Source: Octopus vulgaris (taxonomy: Eukaryota). From it: 64,000 nt of DNA. Location of the stretch: positions 184,884,001 through 184,948,000 of the forward strand of contig OX597815.1 in NCBI GenBank assembly GCA_951406725.2, written 5' to 3'. The position numbers were made by a program, and so were the translations under genes. Below the pieces are notes generated by a model that was not told where the DNA came from, did not search any database, and worked only from the letters and a program-made list of their open reading frames with translations. Shown here in pieces: positions 14,056 through 27,910 of the stretch (within the stretch, counting starts at the first letter, position 1; every line of letters starts with the position of its first letter).

Positions 14056-14666
14056 GTATGTATGTATGTATGTATGTATGTATGTATACATACACACACG
14101 TATATATAACAGGCTATTTTCAGTTTTCCCGCTACGAAATCCACTCACAGGTTTTGGTCAGTTCGAGGCTATAGGAGAAAAAAAGAAAAGAATTGAACCA
14201 AACGTCCAAGCAGTGGGACTACCCGGAACCATGTAATCTGGGAAGCAAATGTTTCACCATACAACCACACATGCGGAAATCTTCGAGATAGTTTTATGTG
14301 AAAACCTTTTGAAAGAACTGCGCTTCTATCTTAGGAAATGTATCCCAAATTATTAAAGCCGTTATTTGTGTGAAAAACAGAAATCCTTACAGAAGCAAAC
14401 AGCTTACACAGGAATATGCGATGGAAATATTATTGATCAATGTTGATTTTCTTCCTCTCTTTAGTATATTAATGTACCTGAAGCGTTTGTGATGAAACTT
14501 TAGATATGAAATACAGACAAAGCTCAGCGTTGTATGCAGTTGAGGAATAAAGAGAACGTTTTCATATTGCATGTAAGATCTTGTCTTTAACCTGGGCATT
14601 ATATGTGTCCCTCTTGCGGTGAAGGAAACTGGGGCTATTGTGTTTGATGGAAAACTAGGAAATTCT

Positions 14667-14667
<1 letters not shown>

Positions 14668-14741
<74 letters not shown>

Positions 14742-15190
14742 GTCTGCCTGCCTGCCTGCCTGCCTATCTATCTGTCTATCTGTCTATCTGTCTATCTATT
14801 TGTCTGTCTATCTATTTGTCTATCTGTCTCTCTACTCTCTCTCTTCTCTGTCTCTCTCTCTCTATCTATCTATCTACACATCTATCTGTCTGTCTGTCTC
14901 TATCTGTCTGTCAGCCTGTCTGCCTGCCTGCCTGTCTGCCTATCTATTTATCTGTCTATCTGTCTATCTATCTGTCAGTCTATCTATTTGTCTGTCTATC
15001 TATTTGTCTATCTGTCTCTCTACCCTCTCTTCTCTCTCTCTCTCTCTATCTATCTAACTACACATCTATCTATCTATCTATCGAGCTGTCTGTCTGTCTG
15101 TCTCTATCTGTCTGTCTGTCTGTCTGCCTCTCTCTCTCTCTCTCTCTCTATCCATCTATATATATATATATGTATCTATCTATCTATGCA
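14668..15190. repeat. Compound (TCTA)/(TCTG)/(CCTG)/(TC) microsatellite with internal block duplication
   Basis: Direct inspection. Confidence 0.9.
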
Positions 15191-15245
15191 CATATGTATA
15201 CATATATAATACATACATGTGTTTACATATCTGAGTTAGTGAGTA

Positions 15246-15634
15246 CTAGCAGTATCGCCCGGCGTTGCTCAGGTTTGTAAGGGAAATAACTATAAAGCAT
15301 TTTTAGAGAGTTATAGCCAAAAAATAGCAAAAAAATGGAAAAAAAAATTATGGTAAATTTTTTTTTGAGAGTAAAAAAAGGTTGAGTTGCGTCACCTAGA
15401 CAGTCTGTGGTTTGTTTTTTTTGATTCTCGACCCCATGTCGAATTTATCGATTTTTTTCAGAACTGGGGTTAACTTTTCAAAATTTTCGCTGCGTTAGTT
15501 TTGAATTATGACATTGGGCTATGTGTGTGTCAAGTTTCATCAGAATCGGTTGAAAGCCGTGGTCAGGGTGAGGGTACGAGAAAACAGACACACAGAAACA
15601 CGCACAGACAAACTGCCGTTTATATATAGAGAGA
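15246..15634 (-). mobile_element. Non-autonomous Helitron
   Basis: Minus strand begins A|TC and ends with a GC-rich hairpin (..GCAACGCCGGGCGATACTG) plus CTAG|T. Confidence 0.8.
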
Positions 15635-15715
<81 letters not shown>

Positions 15716-16409
15716 GTGTGTGTGCGGGCGCGCTATCCGATTATGGAAAATGATTCATATCACTTTCGTAATATCAGTTGTAACGAAGACTCCTAGCTCG
15801 CCTCTAATATTCTATATTTTATATGAATTACATGATAAATTCATTGAATGACGCAAAATGGGCAAAACCTGGTCATTAATGCAATATCGAGAGAAGTATT
15901 AAATAAGACTTCTGTTTTGATTAGCAAAGCTACTCATTATTAGTCATCTCATATACGCTTGTCGTTCCATCACTCCTATGTGGAGATCAACAGACACGGA
16001 AGCTGAAAGGAAACAGAAATAAAAAAATGTATGGAAATTATATAACCGAAAAAAAAAAAAAGAAAAAGAACTACAAGAACAGAAAGAGAAAAATATAATT
16101 ATAATAGCGACAGAAAATGATTATTTATAATTAATTTTTTTTTTTCATTAGAATTAATTCCAATTTTTCTTTCATTAAAATATTCAATTAATTAAAAATT
16201 GAATGTTGTAGGCAGAAATTGTACACGTGAAAAACAGAAGTTTAGTGGCGCCTTTTAGTACGATTATTATAGTATGAGACAAAGTACCTTGCGGTATTTC
16301 ATTGTGATTCTTTGTCAACTAGGCTGTCGTTCCTTTTAGGTCGATAAAACACCAGCCAAGTACTTGATTAATCCCACCACAACTATTGGCTTTTAGTGTA
16401 AATCCTTAT

Positions 16410-18368
16410 CATTATTATATCTCTTTATCACAGGTTTTCCTGGAGTTTCAGGAATCTTACATGCATAGTGGGCTTGTTACCTACGGTAGCATGTTATCCA
16501 TTTTTTTCAGTTATCTAATACTTTCCTAATTATTCTGGCCGTGCCACAGGAGGCAAACCTTTTGTAACAGTTCCACTGGGCCCTCTATTCCAATTTCCTT
16601 CATATCCCCCTTCATGCCTTCTGATACTGTTCCCAAGGACCCAATGAAAATCGGCACCTTTTTCATTTTCCATAGCCGAGCTATTTCGTATTTAAGAGGG
16701 TTGTATTTATCTATTTTTTCGCCTTCTGTATTTATCTACTTTTTCGCCTTCCTTCTTGACTCTTTGTGGGTCAAAGGGGCATGCAACATCAACCATAGAG
16801 CATATGTGGTGCACCTTGTCCACCACCAATAGTTCCAGTCTGTTATGCTCTAGCATCTGATCTGTTTGGATAGGGAAATCCCAGAAGATTTTGCTAGTCT
16901 TCGACTCCGCCGCCCGCTGTGGTTTGTGCTCATACCACGTGTTGTCTCTATCTAGCTTCCACTTTTCGCAGTTTCCATTGTAGCGCTTTCGCTACCTGAT
17001 CGTGTCGCCACAACTTGTAGTAGTTTTGGGTAAGTCTAGGACATTCGTTCGTGGTATGGGCAATGGTTTTATCCACTCTATTGCAGATGTGACACAGCAG
17101 AGGCACTTGCTCATTCCTCAGATTGACCCTCCAGTTTGTAGCTGAAGCTTGGTCATGCACTGCCAGTACAATGCTTTCGGTCTCTTTTTTAGGCTTCCTT
17201 TCATCAACCAATCCCACCTATATTTTCCAGCAACTTCTGTTGTGGCTACACATGGAATTTATTGTGTGTTGTCTCTTCTTGCGTAATTCTTCTCCATGTC
17301 CTTTTTGTACTTCTTCCTTTGTTTTCCCTTTTTTTATCTGCTCTCAATACTCCCTCCTTATTTCTTTACTGCCCACAAGGGGCTACAGAGGGGACAAACA
17401 AGGACAGACAAATGGATTAAGTCGATTATATCGACCCCAGTGCGTAACTGGTACTTATTTAATCGACCCCGAAAGGATGAAAGGCGAAGTCGACCTCGGC
17501 GGAATTTGAACTCAGAACGTAACGGCAGACGAAATACCTATTTCTTTACTACCCACAAGGGGCTAAACACAGAAAGGACAAAGAAGGACAGACAAATGGA
17601 TTAAGTCGATTATATCTACCCCAGTGCGTAACTGTTACTTATTTAATCGACCCGAAAGGATGAAAGGCAAAGTCGACCTCGGCGGAATTTGAACTCAGAA
17701 CGTAACGGCAGACGAAATACGGCTACGCATTTCGCCCGGCATGCTAACATTTCTGCCAGCTCACCGCCTTGATCTCAGTACTCCCTCCTTCCTAACTGTC
17801 ACTAGCAAGGTCGCCTTACTTTGGTGTAGCTTTCTCATTCAGCTCTCGATTTCGATACGCACGCAGTCTTCCACACATACCAGTCCCCTTCCTCCATTTG
17901 CTCTCTCCATGTATAGGCGATCAGTGTCCGCATGTGGATGATGGGCTTCATGCATCGTTAGAAGCTTTCTTGACTTCCTATCCATCTCCTTTAGTTTCCC
18001 CCCCCCCCCAGTCCACTTCAGGATTCTAGCGCCATACCGAACTACTGTGACTGCGCGTGAGTTTATTGCCAAAATCATGTTTCTGGCATTCATCTTTGAA
18101 GCCAATATTTCTCTCACTCGCCGCAAGTACTCTCTCTCTCTCTTTGTTTTTTCCTCCATAACATGGTGCTTGATTCCACCTGCCTCAAGTATTCCCAGGT
18201 ATTTATATGCCTTCTGTTCTGAAAAGCTTTCGTCGTCTCATCACCATCGCAGATCTTTTTGAGAGTCCAAATTCCATCTTCATATCTTAGGAGAGAATCC
18301 GCATAGACTGAACTAGGCTGTCCAGTTCTGCCTCAGTCTTTGTGAAAATTTTCAGGTCCTCCATGAAT
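16410..18368 (-). mobile_element. Old, degraded R4/Dong-type LINE (RT C-terminus, zinc finger, RLE), interrupted by a SINE dimer
   Basis: Fragments FMEDLK.., AINSRAV..HPHADTDRLY..GGRGL, CHIC..ECP..RHDQV, GSLG..GTARIIRKVL. Confidence 0.8.
17359..17771 (-). mobile_element. SINE family A head-to-tail dimer
   Basis: Two bodies, one head, and a single TSD TCTCA(A/G)TACTCCCTCCTT. Confidence 0.9.
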
Positions 18369-18371
18369 ATT

Positions 18372-18408
18372 GCTATTATTATTGTTATTATTATTATTAT
18401 TACTATTA

Positions 18409-18468
<60 letters not shown>
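18372..18468. repeat. (TTA)n microsatellite
   Basis: Direct inspection. Confidence 0.95.
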
Positions 18469-18469
<1 letters not shown>

Positions 18470-18647
18470 TTTTTTTTTCTTCTTTCAAATTTGCTTCCAT
18501 TTCTTGCCGAGTGTCTTCCCGACTCCTAGGGCAAAGAAACTCATTGTGTATATTATTGGTAGGCCATTAAACCAAACTCAGTAGTTCGTTCATTTTTTTT
18601 TTTTTTTTTTTTAAAGTTAAATTAAAATACATGAGCAGCAACAGTTC

Positions 18648-19241
18648 TCACATCGACAATGCTCTTCTCAATACGTGTGATGTACCAGTTAAGACAATCT
18701 TTTGCACTTCTTGCAGGGATGGTAAGCCAGGGATCATTCTCATATAATTTTCGGTTCCCTTCTTGATCATTCCTAGTGCTCCTACGATCACTGGTATTGT
18801 AACCGCCTTGAGATGCCACATTTTCTCAATTTCAATGAGTAGGTCTTTATATTTTCTGAGCTGGTCAAACTCTTTCGCTGAGATATTATGATCACAGGGG
18901 ATGCTCATGTCGATCAATAAGCAAACTTTATTGTTTTGGTCTTTCACAACAATATCTGGTTTATTGGCCTTGATGGTTCGGTCTGTATGTACTGGAAAGT
19001 CCCACAGAATGGTTACATTTTCTCCTTCAGTTACAGCCTCAGGGTGGTGATTATACCACTTGTCGGCAGTTTTGATATTGTAATGCCGACTTATTAGCCA
19101 GTGGAGATATTGGCCAACTCTGTCATGTCTTAATTTATACTCTGCTGGTGCTAAGACTTTACATCCAGAGATTAGGTGGTCCACTGTTTCAATCATGTCG
19201 TTGCAGAATCGGCATTTTGGGTCTGCTCCATTTTTCATCAC
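18648..19241 (-). pseudogene. Zinc finger + PD-(D/E)xK endonuclease domain of the R4/Dong LINE
   Basis: 197-aa ORF with CRFC, RHD, KPDIVV and GALG motifs. Confidence 0.9.
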
Positions 19242-19922
19242 ATTGGCCTGGTAGTTCCGGGTTAATAGGCTTTGGTCTTGAGCAGCCAGGATGAAACCTT
19301 CGCTCTCTGCTTTTAGCCCTGAGCTCCGTAGCCACTAATGGGTATGCTTCTGGTCAACATCAGCTTGTTTGCTGCGGGTAACATATTTGCCGTGCAGAGG
19401 TTTCTCCTCTCACCTATCAGCCAATTTTGCTCGTGCGCTTTTTTCATTGCCATCATTTTCACCTTCTTTGCAACCATAGTTACCGTACTTCCCTCGGGTT
19501 GTTCAGTTTGGGTATCCTGCACGAGATCAATAGCAAATTTTTTGCTTTCCTTGATGATAGAATGAAGCTTCTTTCGTCTCTCGTGATTTTCCACGAGCTT
19601 TAGCATCCAGTCATTCGATATTTCGAGATATTTGGCCAGTCCAATTGTGGTTGTTTTGTAAGCTAGTTCAAATTGGATCAGGCCTCGACCTCCTTGGGCT
19701 CTGGGAAGGTAAAGGCGATCTACGTCTGCCTTTGGGTGGTGCATCCTATTACAACTCAGCAGCTTGCGTATTTTCCTATCTATATTCTTTACTTCACTCA
19801 TATTCCAGTTCAACACATTGTAGCTATAAGTAACAACTGGAACTGCTAAGGAATTTATAGCTAACACCTTGTTACGTGCATTTAGTTCAGATTTCAGGAC
19901 TGCACGAACTCTCCTATAACAT

Positions 19923-20882
19923 TCATTCCTGATTTTCTTTCATGCTTGCATGCTGAATACCAGAGCCTTCATTTATCCCTAAATATTTGTATGTTTGTTC
20001 TTGCTCAAGCTCTCTTATGACTGTGTCAACATCTAACACGACTGAATTTGTGGTCTTCACTTTCCCTTTCTGGAAAGTGGCCTTGGCACACTTCTCAAGT
20101 CCAAACTCCATCCCGATGTCATCGCTGAATGCTTTCACGGTGCGCAATAGGCCTTCAAGTTCATTATTGTCTTTACCATAAAGTTTTAAGTCATCCATAT
20201 AAAATAGATGGCTTATTTTTTTATTGGCAATTTTATACCCATACCCTGTTCTGTTTAATTCACTTGTAAGGGGTATTAGGGCTATGCAGAATATTAAAGG
20301 TGAAAGTGAGTCACCTTGAAAAATTCCACAGTTGATGTTTATATTTTCTGAGGCAAGTACTCCATTAGAGTGGTATAATTGGAGATTTGTATTCCACAAC
20401 GACATATTGTGCTTCAGGAAGTTTGAAATCACAGGGGAAATTTTGAAGATGTCCAGCGATCTCAAGATCCATGGATGCGGTATACTGTCGAAGGCCTTTT
20501 TATAGTCAATCCATGCGGTGCTGAGATTTCTGCGCTTGTTGTGACAGTTCTCAAGGATCATACGATTGATTAGCAGTTGATCTTTGCATCCGTAAGAGCC
20601 TCGGCGGCACCCTTTTTGTTCAATGGGGAAAATATCGTTCTTCTCCATGAATGCATATGTTTTCTCCACCAGGATAGATGTTAGGATTTTATACGTGGTG
20701 GATAGACAGGTTATAGGCCGATAGGTTTTTGGAAGGTTGGTTCCGTTATTCTTTGGGAGTAGGTAAGTAATGCCACTTGCTAACCATTCAGGTGTTTTCT
20801 TTGGGTCTCTCATAATTCCATTGAGTAGCTGAACTAGCTTACCGTGTGCGCATGGGAGCGATGCGAGCCAGAAATTCGGCAC
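19923..20882 (-). pseudogene. Reverse transcriptase domain of the R4/Dong LINE
   Basis: 319-aa ORF with canonical non-LTR RT motifs. Confidence 0.92.
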
Positions 20883-20949
20883 CCTATCTTTACCGGGGGA
20901 TTTCCAATTATGGGCCTTCGTGAGTGCTTTTCTTAGGTCTGCTATTGTG

Positions 20950-21149
20950 CTATTTTTCTTCTTCTTTCAAATTTGCTTCCATTTCTTGCCGAGCGTCTTC
21001 CCGACTCCTACGGCAAAGAAACTCATAGTATACATTGGTAGGCCATTAAACCAAACTCAATAGTTCGTTCATTTTTTAAATTTTTTTAAGGTTAAATTAA
21101 AATACATGGGCAGTAACAGCTCTCACAGCGACAATGCTCTTCTCAATAC
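20950..21149 (-). mobile_element. 3'-terminal 200 bp of the same Dong family, fused directly to the long copy
   Basis: Near-identical to 18469-18675. Confidence 0.9.
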
Positions 21150-21231
<82 letters not shown>

Positions 21232-21232
<1 letters not shown>

Positions 21233-21787
21233 GAGTGAGAGAGCTTTGCATGCCATCAAAGTGACACTAGGGTAAAATATATAAAGCCCAGTGTTCCCAT
21301 CATGACTACCCGTCTGATAAGGGTACACCAGGCACATGCATCACAACCATATGTGCGCGATATGGTGATCTCATATCAAGATAAACAGCACATGACCTTG
21401 CAGGTGGGGCCCAGTTAGAATTTTCTTCTGGTCGAGTAGCCCATCCCGCTCAAAAGGTTCCTGAATAAGGGTTGTTTAATGATGTTGAACGAAACACCCA
21501 TGTTTCCAGAGGTGAATTATTCAAGCCCCAAAGAATCCCTCTCAACACATGGCTATGATGCTCCCCCACTACTTATGCTCGTGATCAGAGATGCACATAT
21601 CGTCAGCCACCAAGGGACATGCTCAACTGGTTATGGTCAAACAACTGACAAGCAAATCTGTGGTATTGAGCAGAATATTTGCTGTAGCCCATCTTTTATA
21701 CCAAGACAAAACAATGTACATGATAACACTTACAATCAGTTAAGATCAGAAGCCATGAGAGCCACTGTCTGGCACTGCATCTGGGCA

Positions 21788-21790
<3 letters not shown>
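21232..21790. mobile_element. ~560-bp insertion between two (TTA)n tracts; probable 3'UTR of another TAA-targeting retroelement
   Basis: Sharp boundaries against TTA repeats on both sides; no coding similarity recognised. Confidence 0.5.
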
Positions 21791-21853
<63 letters not shown>

Positions 21854-23054
21854 CATTATTATGATTGTTCTTATTGATAATGATGATGATGTCTATCACC
21901 GTATCAACACCACTTCAGCAGGCATGTGATGAAAGCCACTTCATCCGTAACCGTCTGTTCTTTCTCCTCACACCGGCCTACATCATTCAAATTTCTTCTT
22001 TGTAAAGAAAGTAGTAAGTGGAAAGTGATTGTTTAGCTGCTATTTCCAGCAGGCCGGACTTCAACAAAGTGTCTCCCTGGAGTAAACTATATTGCAGCAG
22101 TGTATCAGAATGCTATTATAATATTCCTGTTTGAAAAATGTGGTGAGATATTCGTATCAGGAATGACTTAAAGCAACTCGAAATATAATCAATAACATTA
22201 TGACACAGTCATTATTCACATTATCATTAGTGTCAATGTCTTCTTGCAACACATACACACATACACACATACATAAACACATACGTGTACGCATACATAC
22301 ACACATCTGCAGCGACCAAGCCTCTACTTATTGGAGCGAACTTCCAGAAATAGTAACGAAATCTTATTCATAATCACATCTCACCAGCTTTGAAAAGGAA
22401 CTCGTTAGATAATAAGGTGGTTCGGGGTTGCCTTCACATCGGGGAAAATGGGATACAATAACCACGGTTGAGAAATGTCTTTGATCATTCATACGCCTGC
22501 AATATCAGAGCCGAGCTTGGGTTGAACAACCGCGACAAAAAGAGCAGCCTGTAGCCATTGTAACAGGATGTTACATACCATGTTTGGGAGAAGTAATTTA
22601 CATCGTTAATTCCACTAACAGGAAGAAACAAAGGAGCCTCAACATGGCTGATAGATTTGTTAGAAGGAGCTTTCAAATTCCCCTCTTTAAAGAAAATTAG
22701 CTTTAAGTAGAACAGTGGTAGATCTAAATAACCCTAAAAAGCAGAACGATTGCGTTTGGAAACTTGCTTCCTCAATCAAGTTTGGCAGGGGATGAAACAT
22801 CAACGACAAGGGCACAAGTAAAAACAACAACAGCAGCCGTTCAAGAATTTGGACCTGGAGATCTCCATTTCCAGCGACTTCGAGGGCCAACTCCCAGTGG
22901 TGTCGAGCGTCAACGAAGAGCCCTCGACTACAACAAGACGACCAAAGTTTTTTTTTTCCCATGGTCTGGGGTCTCCCGCCCCTAAGCCCTAGACCATCAC
23001 CTAATCACCCTTACCCGTCTTGCTACTTAACAACAACAACAACAACGGTGTAGG

Positions 23055-23245
23055 TGCCATGGTGCAGTGGTTAGGGCAGCGGACTCGCGGTCGTAAGAAC
23101 GCAGTTTCGATTCCCAGACCGGGCAGTGTTAGTGTTTATTGAGCAAAAAAACCTAAGCTCCACGAGGCTCCGGCAGGGAGGTTGGTGAACCCCGCTGTAC
23201 TTTTTCACCACAACTTTCTCTCACTCTTTCTTCCTACTTCTGCCA
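23055..23245 (+). mobile_element. SINE family C, 5' half
   Basis: Matches 45295-45480. Confidence 0.75.
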
Positions 23246-23550
23246 CAAAGCAGAGGAACCATGGTGTAACCCACTATGGTAAACTTTCAGACCTTAGTCT
23301 AGATTGCGAATCCTCTGTACCCCAGGAATGTTCAGCTCGCCACCCGTTAAAAGCCACCGTTTACGGAATGAGGATAGCAATGTAGCCTTCGCGTCCGTGC
23401 AACCGCCAGTCTATCGAGTGTGGTGGGTAGATCTTCAAGTTGCCACACACATTCTTAGTAGCTTAGAGAAGGCTCGAATTAGAGATCATTCTTTGTGGCT
23501 AATGGCGTGAGTCCTGATTGGAAGAAGAAGAAGACAGCAGCAAGAGCAAT

Positions 23551-23591
<41 letters not shown>

Positions 23592-23704
23592 ATTAAATCC
23601 TTGTCATAAAGAGATTAACCTTTTATCTTATATGTATTTTAAATATATTTCAGTTTTATATTGCAATGTCGCAATAACAGCGTCGTTGTTATTTTCAACT
23701 GTAC

Positions 23705-23866
23705 GTAGGAGTGGCTGTGTGGTACGTAGCTTGCTAATGAACCACATGGTTCCGGGTTCAGTCCCTCTGCTTGGCACCTTCGGCAAATGTCGTCTACTAT
23801 AGCCTCAGGCCGACCAAAGACTTGTGAGTGGATTTGGTAGGCGGAAACTGAAAGAAGCCCGTCGTA

Positions 23867-23942
<76 letters not shown>

Positions 23943-24035
23943 TGTGTTTGTCCCCCCCACTATCACTTGACAACCGATGCTGGCGTGTTTACGTCCCCAT
24001 AACCAAGCAGTTCGGCAAAAGGAACCGAAAGAATA
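23705..24035 (+). mobile_element. SINE family B
   Basis: Consensus match. Confidence 0.85.
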
Positions 24036-24689
24036 AAAGAAAAGTACAATCAATGGACTTCGGTTGTGTGTGTGTGTGCGTGCGTGTGTGTGTGTTTGTG
24101 GTTGTGTGTGGCTTTGTGTGTGAGTTAATTTGAATGTATGTATCTATAAAAGAAACGCAAAACAGTAATGTTTGTTCATAAATCATTTATTTACGCCATC
24201 TTTGTTTCATTAACAATGCAAGATAAGGGTCATAGAAGGAAAACTTTATAAGCTGATTATATTATCAAATCTTCGGAGATTGTGTAACTCTCATTGATAA
24301 GGTTTAGGTTTTAACTCAAAGAAGCCGAATGGCCAGAGGCAGGAGTTTAGACAAATACAGATGTGGCTAATACCAAACAAGACATATTGGTGATTTACTG
24401 AAATTAATATATCTTCGAAAAAAATCTGCAACCGAACAGCTAGCAGCAACTGTAACGGAACTCTGAATAATAAATGGGAATACTTTGTGACAATCAACGA
24501 TGCTCGGAATTAATATGGCATTAATAAGGACACAAACCGATGTTTGTGGTGATAGGAAAACTGTAGCCATTTGTTTCAGCTTAAACAGGCATTATCAAAA
24601 CCACTCACATATGCATACATACGTTTATGTATGTATTCATATGTTGTGTTTATACACACACACACACACACACACACATTTATATATTT

Positions 24690-25015
24690 ACTCTTTTACT
24701 TGTTTCAGTCATTTGACTGCGGCCATGCTGGAGCACCGCCTTTAGTCGAGCAAATCGACCCCGGGACTTATTCAGTGTAAGCCCAGTACTTATTCTATCG
24801 GTCTCTTGTGCCGAACCGCTAAGTGACGGGGACGTAAACACACCAGCATCGGTTGTCAAGCAATGCTAGGGGGACAAACACAGACACACAAACACACATA
24901 TACATATATATACATATATACGACAGGCTTCTTTCAGTTTCCGTCTACCAAATCCACTCACAAGGCATTGGTCGGCCCGAGGCTATAGTAGAAGACACTT
25001 GCCCAAGATGCCACA
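24690..25015 (-). mobile_element. SINE family B, head truncated
   Basis: Consensus match. Confidence 0.85.
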
Positions 25016-25209
25016 TATTTCCACTGATGAAAGCAGAGTATTTTATAACTAATCCAGAAACCGTCGATCTAGGATTAACCTTTAATTCTTTGATAATTTT
25101 TCTGTTCATTTATCTCTTCACCTGTGCTATATAAATGTATGAGGTGGTTTTAGAGTCAGTTTTGACGGCTATTTCTGGCATGGGGATCCCTTTCGGTACC
25201 CTCAATTAG

Positions 25210-25239
<30 letters not shown>

Positions 25240-25249
<10 letters not shown>

Positions 25250-25635
25250 CTCAACTTGTGTGTCTGTGTGTGTATCTGTGTGTGTTTCTGTGTGTTTAAC
25301 TTCCCGGTACATCACCTTCTAGCCAACAAATCGTAGAACCACCAAAAATGGGTCACTTAAAGTTTAGGCGAATGAAAATTGAACTGCGCTATTTCTGTTC
25401 CGAAATTCATCTCGCAAGTGCAAAAATCGATAATGTGTTTGTTTAGGCCTTATCCCATACATTGAATAGTGAACTCAGTCAGCTGTTTGACGTGAACTGT
25501 GTTCACCACGCGTGCAAGCATGCGTAAATTGCATGAAAAAAAAAAATCAAGATATAAAAACGAATCGCCGTAAACATTGTAGGAATTCGGCAAAGAAATG
25601 AATTTTCGAGATGTAGCCTGGAGGGTTTTTTCGTA

Positions 25636-25692
<57 letters not shown>

Positions 25693-26535
25693 TCATATAT
25701 ATATGTATGTATATATATATATCACTTCACTTCACTTTGACCGACCAGTCCGCCAGGCGTCCATTTAACACCGCTGGTCACAGCACGCTGTCCACTCCTC
25801 TCTGGATCGCGCCTTTCTCATCCACGTGATCCCAATCGTCCTCTTGAAATCGTCACTCCACCGTCGTGGAGGTCTTCCGGGTGGTCTTTTCCGCACACGC
25901 GGGTACCACTCGACAACTGCGTGCGTCCACCGATTATCGGTGAGCCGGGCGACGTGTCCAGCCCATCTATACTTGCTGCGTGTATACTCTGCGATGACAT
26001 CTCTCACGCCGGACTTATTTCTGATGATGTTGCTATTTATGTGCTCTCTCAACGAGATACCAAGCATTGACCTTTCCATGGCTCTTTGAGCCGTTATCAC
26101 TCTTTGCTCTTCTCTCTTTGTGGTAGCCCATGTTTCACTACCATATAACATTGCAGGCAGAACTGCACTGTTAATGAGGTTGGTGCGGGTGGTCCTGTCC
26201 AACCTTCCCTTGAACACATCCCTTATGCCATTGAATGCCTTCCATCCAGCCCTTACTCTCCGTGAGATCTCCTTTTTGATATCCCGGCACATATTTACTT
26301 CTTGTCCCAGTTAGACATATTCTCTCACCTCCTCTATTTCATCACTGCCGATCACCATGACCGCATGAACTTTGTTTTCATGCGGTTCATCTTGAGACCT
26401 ACTGCAGAACTTTTGATGTCGAGCTCCGTCAGCATGGTCTGAAGCTGATCCATGTTTTCAGCGATGAGTACGATGTCGTCAGCGAAACGGAGGTGAGTGA
26501 GGAGCTCGCCATTGATGTTGACACCACCTTGCAAT

Positions 26536-26578
<43 letters not shown>

Positions 26579-26848
26579 GAGAGTATGATAGAAGAAGGCT
26601 AACTCTTCCTTCCGTAGAAGAAAAAATTCAAATCGGACCATGTTAACACCAAAAATTATTTACATCAAAAAGGTGCCTTTTTTCTATGAAAATCCTTATT
26701 TCTTACGATGTTTTGACTGCTGTGTCGCCATTTTTCGGTGTATTTCACATAAAGAGATTAACAAGCTACATACTGCCAAATTTTTACTTTTCAAAAAAAT
26801 CCAATTCTAAAGGGTCGAAACAAACCGCAACGCCCAGCGATACTGCTA

Positions 26849-26849
<1 letters not shown>
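25240..26849 (+). mobile_element. Non-autonomous Helitron with a nested RTE LINE
   Basis: 3' end GCAACGCCCAGCGATACTGCTAG|T resembles the end of the 15246 element. The 5' boundary is hidden in (TA)n. Confidence 0.6.
25722..26535 (-). mobile_element. RTE-clade LINE, 5'-truncated and frameshifted
   Basis: LTHLRFADDIVL, EISRRVRAGW, LYGSETW, RWAGHVAR, RPPGRPPRRW; (AAGTG)n tail. Confidence 0.92.
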
Positions 26850-26893
<44 letters not shown>

Positions 26894-26944
26894 TTAGACG
26901 TGCTTTCGCAGTCTCCTGTAAGAATTTCAGCTCACAAAATATCC

Positions 26945-27547
26945 GTTTCTACTCTGGGCACAAGGCCCGAAATTTTGGGGGATTAGATCGACCCCAGTAT
27001 GCAACTGGCACTTAATTTATCGACCCCGAAAGGATGAAAGGCAAAGTCGACCTCGACGGAATTTGAACTCAGAACGTAACGGCAGACGAAATACCTATTT
27101 CTTTACTACCCACAAGGGGCTAAACACAGAGGGGACAAACAAGGACAGACAAACGGATTAAGTCGATTACATTGACCCCTGTGCGTAACTGGTACTTATT
27201 TAATCGACCCCGAAAGGATGAAAGGCAAAGTCGACCTCGGCGGAATTTGAACTCAGAACGTAGCGGCAGACAAAATACCGCTATGCACTTTGCCCGGCGT
27301 GCTAACGTTTATGCCAGCTCGCTGCCCTATTTATTCTTTTCTATTCTAGGCACCCGGCCCGAAATTTTTTGGGGAGGGGACTAGTCAATTAGATTGACCC
27401 CAGTACGCAGCTGGTACTTAATTTATCGACCTGAAAGGATAAAACGCGAAGTTGACGTCGGTGGAATTTGAACTCAGAACATAGCGACGGGTGAAATGCC
27501 ACTAAGTATTTCGTCCAACGCCCTAACGAAACTGCTAACTTGTCGCC

Positions 27548-27550
<3 letters not shown>
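26945..27550 (-). mobile_element. SINE family A dimer (26945-27326) plus an adjacent older copy
   Basis: Consensus match with junction AAAGAAATAG|GTATTTCGTC. Confidence 0.85.
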
Positions 27551-27607
<57 letters not shown>

Positions 27608-27608
<1 letters not shown>

Positions 27609-27858
27609 TGATCCCTGGCTTACCATCCCTGCAAGAAGTGCAAAAGATTGTCTTAACTGGTACATCACACGTATTGAGAAGAGCATTGTCGATGTGAGAA
27701 CTGTTGCTGCTCATGTATTTTAATTTAACTTTAAAAAAAATTTTAAAAAAAGAGTTTGGTTTAATGGCCTACCAATGTATACTATGAGTTTCTTTGCCCT
27801 AGGAGTCGGGAAGACACTCGGCAAGAAATGGAAGCAAATTTGAAAGAAGAAAAAAAAA

Positions 27859-27860
<2 letters not shown>
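27608..27860 (+). mobile_element. Dong-family 3' fragment inserted in (TAA)n
   Basis: Near-identical to the reverse complement of 18469-18735; TAA repeats on both sides. Confidence 0.92.

Positions 27861-27910
<50 letters not shown>

Larger units (their letters stand above)
18469..20949 (-). mobile_element. Young 5'-truncated R4/Dong-clade LINE (RT + CCHC + restriction-like endonuclease), frameshifted
   Basis: RT motifs YRPITCL, WIDYKKAFDS, GIFQGDSLSP, YMDDLK; CRFC..HLISGC; RHD; KPDIVV..IDMSIP. The 3' end is fused to (TAA)n. Confidence 0.93.

Noticed and set aside
14478-14655. Open frame on the minus strand with AG/GT borders
   Set aside because: The acceptor lacks a pyrimidine tract, the donor is weak and no homology was recognised.
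22490-23046. ORF 22764-22985 as a host gene
   Set aside because: No recognisable domain. The region ends in (CAA)n and has a weak IVTGCY motif, more like a decayed LINE 3' end.
25020-25070. CTGATGA...GAAACCGTC
   Set aside because: No convincing stem I or stem II.
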